Notes: a model not told the origin generated them from the letters alone. DNA of 64,000 nucleotides from Sphaerodactylus townsendi (GCF_021028975.2 NC_059440.1:10974001-11038000), one strand, 5' to 3'. Shown: positions 43,701-56,270, counted from the first letter of the stretch. Made by a program: numbers and translations.

Positions 43701-46700
43701 AGCCCAGCGGTTCTCAACCTGTGGGTCGCGACCCCTTTGGGGGTTGAACAACCCTTTCACAGGGGTTGCTAAGACCAGTGGTCTACAACCTGCAGCTCTC
43801 CAGATGTTCATGGACTACAATTCCCATTGGGCTGATGGGAATTGTAGTCCATGAACATCTGGAGAGCCACAGGTTTCAGACCCCTGCCTGAGACCATCGG
43901 AAAACACATATTTCCGATGGTCTTAGGAACTGAGACACAAATAATTTTATGGTTGGGGGTCACCACAAGATGAGGAAACTGTATTAAAGGGTTGTGGCAT
44001 TAGGAAGGTTGAGAACCACTGCTCTAGGCAGTTTCACAGCACCCAATAAATCGGCCTGCTCTTCTGATACTAGGCATGCATCACGACACATTCCAAATAA
44101 ATGTGTGAATGTCATTTTTTGCCAATACCCTTTTGAAACTTGCCGTCTTTCTTTGATCCCTTTACCATGTGAGAGTTTCCTGCAGAGGCCTATCCGCAGT
44201 CTTCCTTGTGCTCTCCCCCACCAGTTGTCTGGCTGCCAGCCAACTGCTGGCATCCATGGTGTCTCATTGACTCTGCCTTTGCCAGGTGAAATACGCTCTC
44301 ATCAGTGCCCAGAGGAGCCTGATCTGCCAAGGGGACATCTGCAGGTACATGGAGCAAGGCAGCGACACACCAAACTACGGGAGAGCGCGAAGGTGAGAGG
44401 GAACGCTGCTGCTCTGCAAAATGCAGCTGGGGGGCGTCTTGGTGTGGCCTGGGCCCCAGCTGATCCTGGATTGGGCTGTGCTGGGCAGGCAGGAGGCTGT
44501 GAAGTCTCTAGAATGTGGATGACAGAACCATGTACCATGAGGGGAAACGTAAGAGTGGAAAGGAGCTGGGCGTTGTTCAGGAAATCAACTTTAGCTGTTG
44601 TGCTGAGGAGTTCGGCAGGAGTTGTACCTGGGGCAGTTCTGCCAGCGTGGTGTAGTGGTTAAGAGCAGGTGCACCCTAATCTGGAGAACTGGGTTTGATT
44701 CCCCATTCTGCCACTTGAGCTGTGGAGGCTTATCTGGGGAATTCAGGTTAGCCTGTGCACTCCCACACACGCCAGCTGGGTGACCTTGGGCTAGTCACAG
44801 TTCTTTGGAGCTTTCTCAGCCCCACCCACTTCACAGGGTGCTTGTTGTGAGGTCGGGGGGAGTGAAAGGAGATTGTAAACCCTTAAAGGAGAGAAAAGGG
44901 GGATATAATTCCAAACTCCTCCTCCTCTTCTTCTTCTACTACTACTACTACTAGTAGTAGTAGTAGTACTACTACTGCATGTGCGTGCTGCTTTCCTGAG
45001 CAACAGAAGCAAGGCCTCTGCCCCAAAGGGGCATGCATTTGGAATTTCACTAGTAGAGAAGGCAGCAGAGGGAAATCACAGGGGTTAGATGACAGATTCC
45101 ATGGGTGAATGTGAACATGCAGGTGCAGAGACCTCCAGTCTTCATTCCACTTGCAAGCAAGGAATCAGGGAGAAGCCAAAGGCACCATGGAACACATAGG
45201 ATTCAGCTGTCTTTCTAGGCCTAAGCAGGCCTGAGTCTGGCCAGTGTTTGGATGTGCAAACTTCTCCATGTTGCCTTAAGTTCTGTTGTGGGAAAAAAAG
45301 CTGGGATGTAAATGTAATCAAGTAAATTAACAAGTGGTGGAAAAGGCGGGTTTTGAGGCAGGAATTGAAAAACAGAGGGGAAGATTTCGCTATCTAGTTG
45401 TTTGGGGCAAGCATTGCAAATGTAAGGGGTAGCAGTGGCATTCTGTAGCCACAGGCAGCCTGTGGGGGGTGGGGCCAAGAGCACCAGCCTTCTGGCTGGA
45501 TTTAATGCCTGTAAGCCCCAGTTTAATGTCCTTGGTCTTACCAAAGGCCGGATTGTCAGTTTCACCGTCACTTTCGTCCTCAGCTGGTACATGAAGGCAC
45601 AGCACGTCGCCCCCAAGAACGGACGTCCATATAATCAGTTGGCTCTCCTCGCTGTCTACACGGTAAGATACAGTCCGAACTTAAATCGCCTGAACTCTGT
45701 AGCTTTGAGAAAGGTGAACCGAGCTGTGATTAGTTAGACCTGCTGTGAAATGCCTGCTGCTGCTGACAAGGGACCCTGGGTGGGTCTGAATGATACATTT
45801 TGGGCATGTGTAGGTTGTTTCTTAAAAAACCTTTTGGCCCAAAGTCCTGCCCCCCCCCCCCCCACACACACACACCCCTGGTTCCTCTCTGTTCTCTTCT
45901 GCTCCACTGAGTGCTGGAGGGATACCTGTGGTAGATTCTTTGGTAGATTCTTTGGAGTGGTGAATCCCAAGGTCCCCTAGAGCTGGTGCCTCTGGAAGAG
46001 GTCACACAGAGACCCTGCTAGTTCTTGTAGTGGCCGTCTGGTTGTTTCTTTGCAGAGGAGGAAGTTGGATGCCGTGTTCTACTATATGCGCAGCTTGGCC
46101 GCCAGCAACCCCATCCTGACTGCCAAGGAAAGCCTCATGAGCCTCTTTGAGGAGATCAAGCGGAAGGTGAGGGGACGGGAGGGCCTTTCTCGGCCTCCTT
46201 CCAAGGCCCTGTAGTGCCCTCTCCCACCCTAGTGTCTTGTCTCCGTTCTCCTCTGCATAGGTTGAGCAGGTGGAACAGAAGCAGAGTCCCAGCCGGAGGG
46301 GGAAGGGGAAGAATGCGGCGTTCCGGCCCGTCGGCGACGATGCCACCCGCCTGGAGTTGTGGATCCATCCTTCTCACCCTCGCTCCTCCCAGAGCCACGA
46401 GTCCGGCCGAGACTCAGAGCAAGACAACGGGCTCGGGAGCCTCAGCCCCACTGATGTGAGTCTTGTGGTGCCAGGATGTGGCTTTCTTTCTGGACGTTTT
46501 ATGAATGGGACCTCTGGGCACCCTGAGAGGGTTGGCTCTGCATTGGGCAATGTTCCCTCCTGCCACTGTGTGGAGCTGTTTCTCCTGTTTTGCCAAGCTG
46601 GAGAGGAACCTCCATGCCCAGGACAGGCACAGACCGGAGGAGCAGTGTTGTGGCTGTTCTCTTTGCTTGCTTTCTAGCCAACCTGATTTGCAGCAGCAGG

Positions 46701-49700
46701 GGCAGCACACGTGCAAGTTGGCTGTTAACAGGTTGTCTAGCAGCTTGTATGCCCCAAGCCAAACAGCAACGCTGCTTCCGAGAGAGAGGTGTAGTGGTTA
46801 AGAGCAGGTGGGTTCTAATCTGGAGAACCGGGTCTGATTCCCACTCCTCCACCTGAGTGGCAGAGGCTTATCTGGTGAACCAGATGTGTTTCCGCACCCT
46901 ACATTCCTGCTGGGTGACCTTGGCTGGTCGCAGTTCTCTCAGAACTCTCAGCCCCACCTGTCTCCCAAGGTGTGGGGAGAGGAAGGGAAAAGGAGTTTGC
47001 AAGCCACCTTGAGTCTCCTTACAGGAGAGAAAGGTGGAGTATAAATCCAAACTTCTTCTTCTAATAGAGGAAGGTTTTTAGTGTGGTAGAATGACTCCTG
47101 TGGGCTTTGGCTGTTGTGTTTCTTGCAGTTGCTTTTGGTGCCCTGCAGCTGGGATGCAGGGAACAGCAGTTCTGCTAATGATGAGGCAAGGGGCCCAGGA
47201 GGAGGGGGCACATTTCCTGCCTGGCACAGGGTTATCATTAGGCCCCTGGGCACCCTCATGGTCTGCTTCCAAAGAAGCAAGGCTACTGGGACCAAGGCTC
47301 CACTGGCCAGGGAAGCACATGGCAGTAATGGTGGAGTGGGGCAGGAGGCCGTGCCGGCCTTGGGCTGCCTGTTCTGGAATAGAGGGCTGTGATGATCCGT
47401 GACTGAGGCTTGCCTTGCCCTTGAGCTGACAGAACATCAGTGGCAGAACCATATCGCACGAGTTGTGGCATCGTACGGGAATTGGTTTGGGGTATGACAT
47501 TGGCTGGGTCTCTTCTATTCCACCTGTGTTTGGCCCATGGTGGCTTCCAGAAGGAAAATATCTCTAGACCAATGAGATGTACTGAAGAGCTGTTGACTGG
47601 GGTTGGGAAGTCAGTGCCGGACAGCTGACCTCTTGCAGCGCTCTCTCCAGTGTCTGGCTTGCCCTGTTAATGGTGACGCCCGGCAGAGAAATTTGGAGCG
47701 CCAACACAGCCATTGCAAGATTTGGTTGCTTGCTGTGCCGTGCTCAAAAGGTATCACAGAGATCTGCAACTGGGCATATTAAAGCGTACGCTAGGATTCT
47801 TTTTTTCCACTTTCTGTTTCAGAGAGAGTTCGCAGGTTGGGGTTCTCGCCCTCACATCTTGACTGGCAATCTTCGTGCTGCTTCTCCCCCCCCCCCCCCC
47901 CGCCCCACGCTGTGCTACTTGACCCCGGTCACCAAAACCACTTCAGGGCTTTATTTTGACTTGAGCTGTTTCATTTCGAGCTCGTGAGGTTGAGTCTCTT
48001 TCCTCTAAACGAGGGAGAAGTTCTCTGGGGAGGAAGCCACGGGCACCAGGCTGCAGTTGGGCTGGTTAGACGCGGAAACCACATGCCCAGCTCTGCTGGC
48101 TTTGGTACGTGACGCACGGCATGCGGCTCCGGGTGGCTGCTGTTCCCACCCCGACCGACAACCGCTGCTGTCCCCAGTTCCCAACACTTGAGAGCAGAAG
48201 CTGTCTGGGGCATTGAGCTAGCGTCCTATCCCTGTAGCTTGAGCGTCACGCTCTCAGACCTGTCCACAAGTTTATAGCAGAACCTGCCAGCAGCCTTTCT
48301 CTTCCGTCTTAACCCGCTTGACCTTTTGTTAGCACCTGTGAGGGGGAGGGTGAAGTTACCACCAAGAGTTTCCAGACGTGCAGAGGAAACTTGCCATTTG
48401 TGGTAGAAAGGAAGAGGACGGGAGGGCTTCGACAGACAGGGGGCTCCTTGCAAGGTCAGGAGAAGTCTCTGTTGTCCTAGTGGACAAGCAACCCCCCCCC
48501 CTCCAGTCCTGGACATCCCTCGTGCTTTCTGCAGAGACTTAAGCTGCTGCTTTGGTTTGGACCAGACCTGTGTCTTTTAAAAAAAAAAAAAAAACCCCTC
48601 TGAATATGAGGTGTCAACCAAGAGTGATTGCTTCTCTTGTGTTCTTTTTGCAAAGCGTTCTCGTCCTTCGTCAGCTGCGGGGAAGGGCGAAGTGTTCAGC
48701 AGCATGATGAAGGGCCTACCCCCCCCACCATCCCCTTCTGCTCACAGTCCTGCCCTGCCATTCGCTGACTTCTGAGGCTTCAAGCTTCCAAGTTCACGAG
48801 AAGCAGCAAGGGCTAGAATCTTTCAGAGAAGTGGATAGAACGCGAAGAGGTTTGGTCTGTTGGGTTCTGCGTTCAGTCCTAGTTTGCTCGGTTTAGTCCA
48901 AGGGCTGGCAGAGAGGAGCGTGCCCAGGGATCTTGGTGCCCGAGCACTGTTGCACAGGAGGGGCTTGTGTACATTCTGCTCTCATTCCCAGAAGCTCCAG
49001 GCAACGGAGATGGTTTCACATAAATGCACGCATGTGCTGTGTTGTGTTCACAGCAAGCCCATGCTTTAGAACTGAGTGTGTGTGACTCGTCTTTCTACAA
49101 GCGGACAAGACTGTGGCTCTGGAAACTGGAGGTCTGTTGAGTGGTCTTGCTTGTCTGCTAGTTTGGACCCCATCAGGTACCCCCCCCCCCCCCGGGTAAA
49201 AGGATTGTCACCTCCGTCCACATCCGGTATCTCAGCGAAGACCTCTTTTTCCAACCCCGTCCGATGGCACATTCTGCTCTGCAGATGCGCAGGGAGAAGG
49301 TTTGCCGTCCTTGATAAAGAACAGATACCGAAATTTACTTCCAAACCTGAAGTCACAATTTTTAACTTGAAACAGCTTCTCTCTACCCTCCTCCCCCCCC
49401 CTTCCCCAGCAGCTGTGTTGGAATTCTTCCCTTATTTGGTCCCCTGTTCCCATCTGGGAACCAATGTCCAGGTGCCTTTTTCGGCTCTTGGGATGAGGCC
49501 AGAAGGGCTTGGGCCTGTACCCAGGTCTCTGATCTGGCCTCAGCCACCTGCCTGCCAGGGGCCCTTATGGGGGAAGGACTGGAAAGGCCTGTTGCAGGAC
49601 CCCTCCCCTGCCCCCTGCCAGCAGGATTGGCTCATTGGTGGCTGGGGCAGAATGGAAGAGATGAAAGAAAAGGACAACTCGCTAACAACCAGCTGGGTCT

Positions 49701-52700
49701 GGAATTTATGCCCTACGAGGAGAGACTTAAGGAACTGGGTATTCTTGGTGAAGAGAAGGTTAAGAGGTGACATGACAGCCATGTTAGATATTTGAAGGGA
49801 CATCATGTTGGTGAGGGAGCAAGCTTGTTTACTGCTGCCTCACAGACCAGGAGGAATGGGTTCAAGGTGGAGGAGAAGAGATTCCACCTCAACATCAGGA
49901 AAAACTTCCTGACAGTCAGGGCTATTCGACAGTAGAACGCACTACCTCAGAGTGTGGTGGAATCTCCTGCTTTGGAGGATTTTAAAGAGAGGCTGGATGG
50001 CAATCTGTCAGGAGTGCTTTGGTTGTGTGTTCCTGCACGGCAGGGGGTTGGACTTGATGGCTCTTGGGGTCTCTTCCAAGTGATTCTGTGCCCAGATCTG
50101 CTGTTCTCAACCAGATGTTTGCTGTTGCTAAAGTGAGGGTTCAAAGCAGGCATTTAGTATTGTCTGTTGGTAAGCAGGTCTGCTGCTTAGGAAGCCTCTG
50201 TGTAGCTTTCTTTTTTTCCTGCATCCCCCTTCACCGACTTATCCCCGGGACATTTGCGCCAGGGGGCATCCCTGCTGGGCTTCAGGTACGGCAAGAGCCG
50301 GAGCCCCCTCCTGTCCTGTGGCAGGGCAGCCTCAGTTCGGTTTCAGCCTTTGCGCCCGTCCCTCCTGAGGTCAAGGCGAGGGTTTGCGTGAGAGGGCAAC
50401 TGGGAAAGCCGTGATGCAACGGAGCTGTCAGGGCAGCAGGAAGTGGTGGGGGACTTTTTCCTCTCTGCGGCTCACAGGCGGGAGAGGTGCAGTTTGCCAC
50501 CGCAGCTTTGGGGAAGTGTTCCTCTTCCCCACTGCTGCCACAAAGAGCAGGTGACGCTGCTTCCTCTCCCAGGGCCAGGTCTCTGTTTCCCTCTGCCTGT
50601 GAGAAGCAGGAGGTTCCCAGGGGCCTGGTAGGCAGGTGAGTCACATGAGGAGAGGAGTCATTTGGAAAGCAGCCGCTGGCCCGGATTTGACCCCTTCATG
50701 CTGTCTCTGCCCCAGTGCTGAGTTTGTCAGGGTGACAGAGCTGCTGTAGGGTTCCGCTGGTTGGCATCAGGTTTATAGTCACTGACTGACTGCACTATAA
50801 TGTGCCTCCCTGCCCTCCCCAGGACCTTTGCCCTTCCGGATTTTCAGGGGAGGAAATGCTGAGGCATATTGAGCCCTACCACACCTCTTAGACTGTGCGC
50901 TGTTTCTAGCCCCACAGCAAACCCCACAGTAAGCCAGCGTGGTGCAGTGCTTAAGAGCATGTTCACTCTAATATGGAGAACTGGGTTTGGAGAACCCAGT
51001 TCTCCATATTAGAGAATATGGAGAACTCTGAATGGCAGAGGCTTATTGGGTGAACCAGATTAGCTTGGGCATTCTGACACACACCAGCTGGGTGACCTTG
51101 GGCTAGCCGCAGTTCTTCGGAGCTCTCTCAGCCCCACCCACCTCACAGGGTGTTTGTTATGTGGAGAGAAACCCTTTGAGTCTCCTTACAGGAGAGAAAG
51201 GGGGATATAAATCTAATCTCCTCTTCCACCTCCTCCTCCTCCTCCTCCTCCTCCTCCTCCTCCTCCTCCAACTGCACTGTTTCCAGCCCCCCAGATCCAA
51301 CCATGGGGGAGACAAGCAGCACAGGCTGTCAAAAGCGTAAGCCAAAGGGGGCAGGCCTTGGAGTGTTTTGGTCTCTGACGTCAGTGCTCAGAAGCGCCCA
51401 GTTTGCTTCAGTTTCCAGTACACTCACCAAATGCAAATTGGGGGGGGGGGGGTAGGTAGGCATTGCAGGTCTTTATCCAGCAGTGAGGTGGGAATGTGCT
51501 AGTGTGGCAGGGGCCAAGGTTAGGGCAAGGCGACCACATATTTGTGGAGGGATTGGGAGAGCACCACCTGCGTCTTGGCCTTCACCTCCCTTTCCCTGGA
51601 GTTACGCTGTCCCCGTTTCAGCCTTACATCTGCAAAGAGGGAGGCAAGTGGTAGTTGTCTTTCCTTTCTTTGGCACCCTGTGGTGTCCCCACCCTTCCTC
51701 CAAGGAGCCCATGGCAGCACAGATGAGGCCATCTTACGCAGGATGCATCTGGCTTAGGGTCCCCCTCCCAGTTTCTGCTCCCTGATCTCGATCCAGCACT
51801 CCATCCCGGTGCTGCTCCCTCCACGCACGCAGGTTCTTTGCTTGGTTGTAACAGTGCCGATTCCACAAGAGAGAATAACAGAGCGGGCTCTCTTATCCAC
51901 CAGTGAGCTTAGGGAGCTCAAGAAGGCGGGCCCACGGTTCAGCGTTTAAGCAGCTGGTTGGCAGTCATTCTGTGTTCATTCCATGAAATTTCCAGCAAAG
52001 AAAGGTCTGGTCTTAGGGGTTGTGAAAGCCCTGTGCTTGAGACCCCGGAGAGAAACCGCCGGTCAGAGCGGACTAGAATGCACCAAGAGCCAACGTGGTG
52101 TAGTGGTTAAGAGCAGGTGGATTCTAATCTGGAGAACCAGGTTTGATTCCCCACTCCTTCACCTGCGTGGCAGAGGCTTATCTGGTGAATCAGATGTGTT
52201 TCCACACTCTTACATTCCTGCCGGGTGACCTTGGGCTAGTCACAGTTCTCTCAGAGTTCTCTCAGCCCCACCTACATCACAAGGTGTCTGTTGTGAGGAG
52301 AGGAAGGGAAAGGCTCTTGTAAGACACCTTGAGTCTCCTTACAGGAGAGAAAGGTGGGATATAAATCCAAACTACTACTACTCCTTCTTCAAGGTTCTGA
52401 CTCCATCTAAAGCATTGTTTTCCAACATGGTGCTTATGGGTCCCATGGCACTCGCCAATACCAAGTGTTCTTAGGAAGTGGGTGGGGCCAAGTAGGGTTT
52501 CTGATGGACTGTTGATTTGATTGGCTGCGCAGGTGTTGCTTTGGCAGCCGCTGCCACCACAGTGCAAAGATCTACCCCGTGTTACTGAAGTTAGGCTGTG
52601 ACAATCATTTTCTGACCATCTCCCCCTCCTGCAGCAACTGTTTTGTTGCTGTGCCCAATGTGTCGTGTCAGAATTCTAGAACTGCCCGCAGGCTCAAAAA

Positions 52701-55700
52701 GGTTGGGGAATCCTGGTGTAAAGCATCTTAGTGTGTAGGATGTTGTGGGTTTCCGGGTTGTATGGCCATGTTCCAGTAGTATTTTCCTGACGCTGGCATC
52801 TTCAGAGGGTCTAGATTCCAGCCACAGATGCAGGCAAAATGCTGGAATACAATACTACTGGAATGTGGCCACACAACCTGGAAAACCCACAACATCCTAG
52901 TGATTCCGGCCGTGACACACTTGCTGACTATTAGGGAGCAAGAAGCTGGCCTTGCCTAGGGTTGGCAGAGGGGAGCAGGGCCAGGGTCTTGCTTCAGGCA
53001 GCGGAGATGGTTATACATAAGTGCATATGCGCCATTTTGAGTTCACTGAGTGTGTGTGGCTGGCCCAAGGACTGCTAGTTGGTTTCATGTGAACAGGGCT
53101 CTGAGCCCAGGACTCTAACCACTACACCAGGCTGCCCCTTTAAAAGCCGGAGATGCAGGGAGAGGAAGCAAACCTGACTGGAACAACCAGAGAGATCCTA
53201 GGTGGTGTTTTGATATAGAAGAGTGTGGTGTCACTCAAAGGTTGGAGGACTCTTTCTCTAGGGCTGGCTTGGCTGTGGGCCGTGGAGGTGGCTTGGTTCT
53301 GGGCTCTCCTCTGTGCGTGGGTGCATGGGGCAGTGTCGCATGGGTGCGGCCGCTGGCATGCTTGCTCAGTGGCGCTGTGCATGTACTCATCATGCTTTCA
53401 GTCCCGGCTGGTATATTTTCCTCTCCTCCAGTCAGCTTTGAAAGGTCTTCCTGACTTGCCTGGCTGGGCTCTGGCCATTCCATTTCCTTGCAGGGCTGGT
53501 TCTTTCACAGGGTCTCTGCTTGCTGGGCTGCAGGGGGGGGGGGGGAGGGTCCAGTGACTTTGAGAGCCCTGGCAGTTTTGGAAGAGGAAGTTATCCCCTC
53601 CCCCTGCCCCTCGCCCGCTCCCATTGCAGAGGGGGCTGGCCGCCAGCAGAGGGTGCCGTACACTTGGCGTGGCTCTCCGGCCCAGCTGTTTGGCACTCGT
53701 GAGCGAGGGCCGGGGCACGGCCATTTGGTTCCCATCTGCCTACCCACCCCCACATCCCAGCCAGGTTATCCTGTCACCCGGGACTGTGAGCTCGTTCACA
53801 GGAAAGGGGAGAAAGAGAGCAGAGTTTGAATTGTTTTCTCATCTTCTTTGCCATCTCTTTTCCCCCCTCTCTTTTCCCCCCATGCAGCTGAGCAAAAGGC
53901 TTGTCCTGAGTTTTCTCCATGCCCATGGGAAGCTGTTTACCAGGATTGGGTAAGGCTGCAGGATGTTGGTTTTATTTTCCTACATTACGAGGCCTTTTGG
54001 AATTTAATATTGTTAGCAACTGGGCTTGTGTTTGGAGCTGAGGGCACAGGGCGTGAAGCTGACAGGCCTGGCCCCTTTGGCCTTGACTTGAGGGCAAGGC
54101 AGGGGTGGGCCTGTCAGTCCTTTGGGGCATGGGTGAGGTCAGGGGGCAGCAGAAATGACCCTGGAGCTCCGCCTCTGCCTTGTGATATCAAGCCAAAGCC
54201 CATCTAATTCTGCCAGATCCCTCGGGGAAGTCCATAGAGAAAGGCCTGAAGGTCAAAGTTTCTCGTTGTTTGTCCATGTATCTAAAGATAAGCTGCCACT
54301 GTACTTGGAGGTTCCATTTAGCTATTGTGGCTGTTACTTATCAACAAGCCTCTCTTCCAGGAATTTCTTCTTACAAAAGTAGACAATGAATTTCGAAGCG
54401 AGTTGGACTTCCAGTGTTTTGTTACTAGTTTTGTTTCCTGTGACTGCAGAACGATTGGCAGACCCTTTCTGTTGGCAGCTGGGAACAACTGGGCATCTGT
54501 CTGAAGAGGGCTCCCTTCTTGGCCATTCTTACCAGGCGTATTAAATAAATGCTTAACTTGCTGTGGACCTGATTTGGTTTTGGAATTATTTTTTTTGAGC
54601 TGAAGTGAGAATGGCCAAAGGGCCACTCTGTGCAGTGGCCATTGGTTGGAACATACACAGCACAACAAACATGGAAGTGGTTTCTCTGTCTCTTCCCAGA
54701 GGCTGCTTCTACAATAAAAGTATTTAGCATCCCCCCCCCCCCCACACACACACACACTTTTCAGAGTGGTTCACACATGGAGAATACAATCCTGTATGGA
54801 AGACCAGGCTGGTTATCTTCCAGAGCGCCAGCATAGTGAATAAGAGCAGGTGGATTCTAATTTGGAGAGCCAGGTTTGATTCCCCATTCCTCCACCTGAG
54901 TGGCGGTGGCTTATCTGGTGAACCAGATGTGTTTCCGCACTCCTACATTCCTGCTGGGTGACCTTGGGCTAGTCACAGTTTTTTGGAACTCTCTCAGCCC
55001 CACTTACCTCACAAGGTTTCTTTGTGGAGAGAGGAAGGGAAAGGAGCTTGTAGGCCACCTTGAGTCTCCTTGCAGGAGAGAAAGGTGGGGTATAAATCCA
55101 AACTCCTCTTGTTCTGCTTCTTCAAATGAGGGTGTCGGGCTAAGAACTACTGCCTCGTCTCAAGCTTGCACACACCTCTCCAGTAATGTTTTAGACAGAT
55201 ACTGCTGCTGCCTCTCATCCTCACAATGCTGAGACCTAGGAGTTTTCTCTTGCTAAAACAGTCACTGAGCCCAGGAGGTCTGCACCTTGTGGCTGCACAG
55301 CACTCTAGTGTGTCTTCTGGATGGGAACGGCAGTCAGTGCCCAGCACAGTTCCCCTGTCTGTTGACAAAAGGGACAGGGTTGGGCAGGGCTGTGGAAGAG
55401 CAGCGAATGGACTGCTCAGTCAGGAGATTCCCCTCACCCTCTTCCATAGGCCCTGCTCGGAGGCTTTCCCAAGAATCCCTCTCTGTTTTCCTTGAGATAT
55501 CTTCAGCCTTTTAAATCCAGCCCTTCCTTTAAGAAACGCAGGTTGGTTATGTCCTCTCCTGCATTGTATCTTCACTGCTGTCAACAAACGTGTGAAATGG
55601 ATCAGATTCGCACAGGGGAATAAAGGGGAAAACTTTCAGGTCTTGGCTACCAATCTTGGCTACCAATCTTGATCCTCCTTGATCTGAGATGCCTTAGCGG

Positions 55701-56213
55701 ACCAGGTGCTCAGGAGCAGCAGCAGCAGAAGGCCCTTGCTTTCATATCCTGCATGTGAGCTCCCAAAGGCATCTGGTGGGCCACTGCGAGTAGCAGAGTG
55801 CTGGACTAGATGGACTCTGGTCTGATCCAGCAGGCTCGTTCTTATGTTCTTATGTGGTAGAATAACCTGCAGGCAGCCGGCCTGATTTTTCCTTTTGCCA
55901 TAAGCCATATCCACAAACTGTAAAATTGGGTTGTGGGGGGCAGAAGTGTTGACTGGAAGTAAAGTGGTGCACACTGTTTCAGATCTCCTTAGGAACTAAG
56001 GAGGGGGACTTGCCAGCCATGGGTTGTGGCTTAGATGTTCATGCTGTTCTTCTCTTGGCACCCGCAGAATGGAGACATTCCCCGCGATGGCTGCGGAGGT
56101 TCTAAGTGAGTTCCAGGCGCTGCTGGAGTACAGCCCCCCGCCCATCGGAAGCACCAACATGTTGCAGCTCATGGCGATCAACATGTTTGCTGTGTACAAC
56201 GCTCAGCCCAAAG
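31369..56213 (+). CDS. SMG6: SMG6/EST1A nonsense-mediated decay endonuclease, exons 1-10 (partial; continues past the window). Exons 31369-31465, 35506-37195, 39586-39778, 43102-43212, 44286-44392, 45584-45662, 46056-46166, 46261-46455, 53888-53949, 56068-56213
   Basis: LERVRVSAAELR N-terminus; EJC-binding motifs RRPDLEIYKPGLSRL and KKPDQQIYQPG; RRLWDPNNPDQKP; TPR/14-3-3-like region VDQLLWKNAFYQVIEKFR, APKNGRPYNQLALLA, FLHAHGKLFTRIGMETFP; all junctions GT-AG and in frame. Confidence 0.97.
31741..31884. mobile_element. Palindromic hAT MITE
   Basis: CAGGGGGTTGCAACCTGCGGCTCTCCAGATG...GGTTGCAGACCCCTG; imperfect TSD ctttacta/ttctacta. Confidence 0.85.
33113..33700 (+). mobile_element. Degenerate CR1 LINE 3' portion
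   Basis: gagaaggtgcagaaaagag..accaagatgatc, gacatgata..aggtctataaaatt, aaattgtggaactccttgc; CR1 ORF2 end plus 3' UTR. Confidence 0.8.
34921..35222 (-). mobile_element. Squam3-like SINE
   Basis: Reverse-orientation near full-length copy with (GAA)n. Confidence 0.85.
37333..37667. mobile_element. Tc1/mariner-superfamily (Tc2/pogo-like) non-autonomous element
   Basis: TIRs CCGTGTTTCCCTGAAAACAAGAC / GTCTTATTTTCGGGGAAACACCG, TA TSD, internal aaaataagccct repeats. Confidence 0.85.
38201..38480 (+). mobile_element. Squam3-like SINE
   Basis: Full head-to-tail copy. Confidence 0.85.
38915..39222 (-). mobile_element. Squam3-like SINE
   Basis: Reverse-orientation full-length copy. Confidence 0.85.
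40563..41104 (-). mobile_element. CR1 LINE 3' end (ORF2 C-terminus + 3' UTR)
   Basis: GLEHLPYDERLQRLGLFGLERRRLSGDMIEVYKIMHG...RTRGHPLK...FFTQRVIGVWNMLP; (TTCTTATG)n tail. Confidence 0.92.
42796..43090 (+). mobile_element. Squam3-like SINE abutting the SMG6 exon 4 acceptor
   Basis: Full copy; tail aaactcatcttcttct runs directly into ttccttcgcag|GGC. Confidence 0.85.
43705..44021. mobile_element. SPIN (Space Invader; URR1-like) non-autonomous hAT MITE, with a second MITE nested at 43776-43886
   Basis: CAGCGGTTCTCAACCTGTGGGTCGCGACCCCTTTGGGGGT...ataattttatggttgggggtcaccac...TTAGGAAGGTTGAGAACCACTG matches the recalled SPIN/URR1 consensus; nested element flanked by gctaagac/cctgagac. Confidence 0.85.
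44641..44937 (+). mobile_element. Squam3-like SINE
   Basis: Full copy; tail grades into CTA/TAG repeats. Confidence 0.85.
46787..47061 (+). mobile_element. Squam3-like SINE
   Basis: ggtgtagtggttaagagcagg head, CTT tail. Confidence 0.85.
49690..50087 (+). mobile_element. CR1 LINE 3' end fragment
   Basis: GLEFMPYEERLKELG...RLRGDMTAM, VESPALEDFKERLD; ends ctcttccaagtgattct. Confidence 0.85.
50932..51268 (+). mobile_element. Squam3-like SINE with (CCT)n tail and an internal inverted duplication
   Basis: SINE body plus 22-bp inverted repeat 50966-50987/50993-51014. Confidence 0.8.
52087..52390 (+). mobile_element. Squam3-like SINE
   Basis: Full copy. Confidence 0.85.
52736..52925. mobile_element. 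Degenerate inverted Penelope-like element
   Basis: taggatgttgtgggttt...gctggcatcttcagagg / ccagccacagatgcaggc...aaaacccacaacatccta; same family as 6448-6719, hammerhead cores damaged. Confidence 0.75.
54823..55123 (+). mobile_element. Squam3-like SINE
   Basis: Full copy. Confidence 0.8.
55645..55853 (+). mobile_element. CR1 3' UTR fragment
   Basis: ggctaccaatcttgatcctcc...ctggactagatggactctggtctgatccagcaggctcgttcttatgttcttatg. Confidence 0.8.
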
Positions 56214-56270
56214 GTATTTTCCGGGCCGGGTGGGGAGGGTCGGGACTGCTGTGCTTTTGTGGACTTAGGA

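Noticed and set aside
49076-49795. 239-aa ORF in SMG6 intron 8
   Set aside because: No recognisable homology or exon-like boundaries; its 3' end runs into a frameshifted CR1 fragment.
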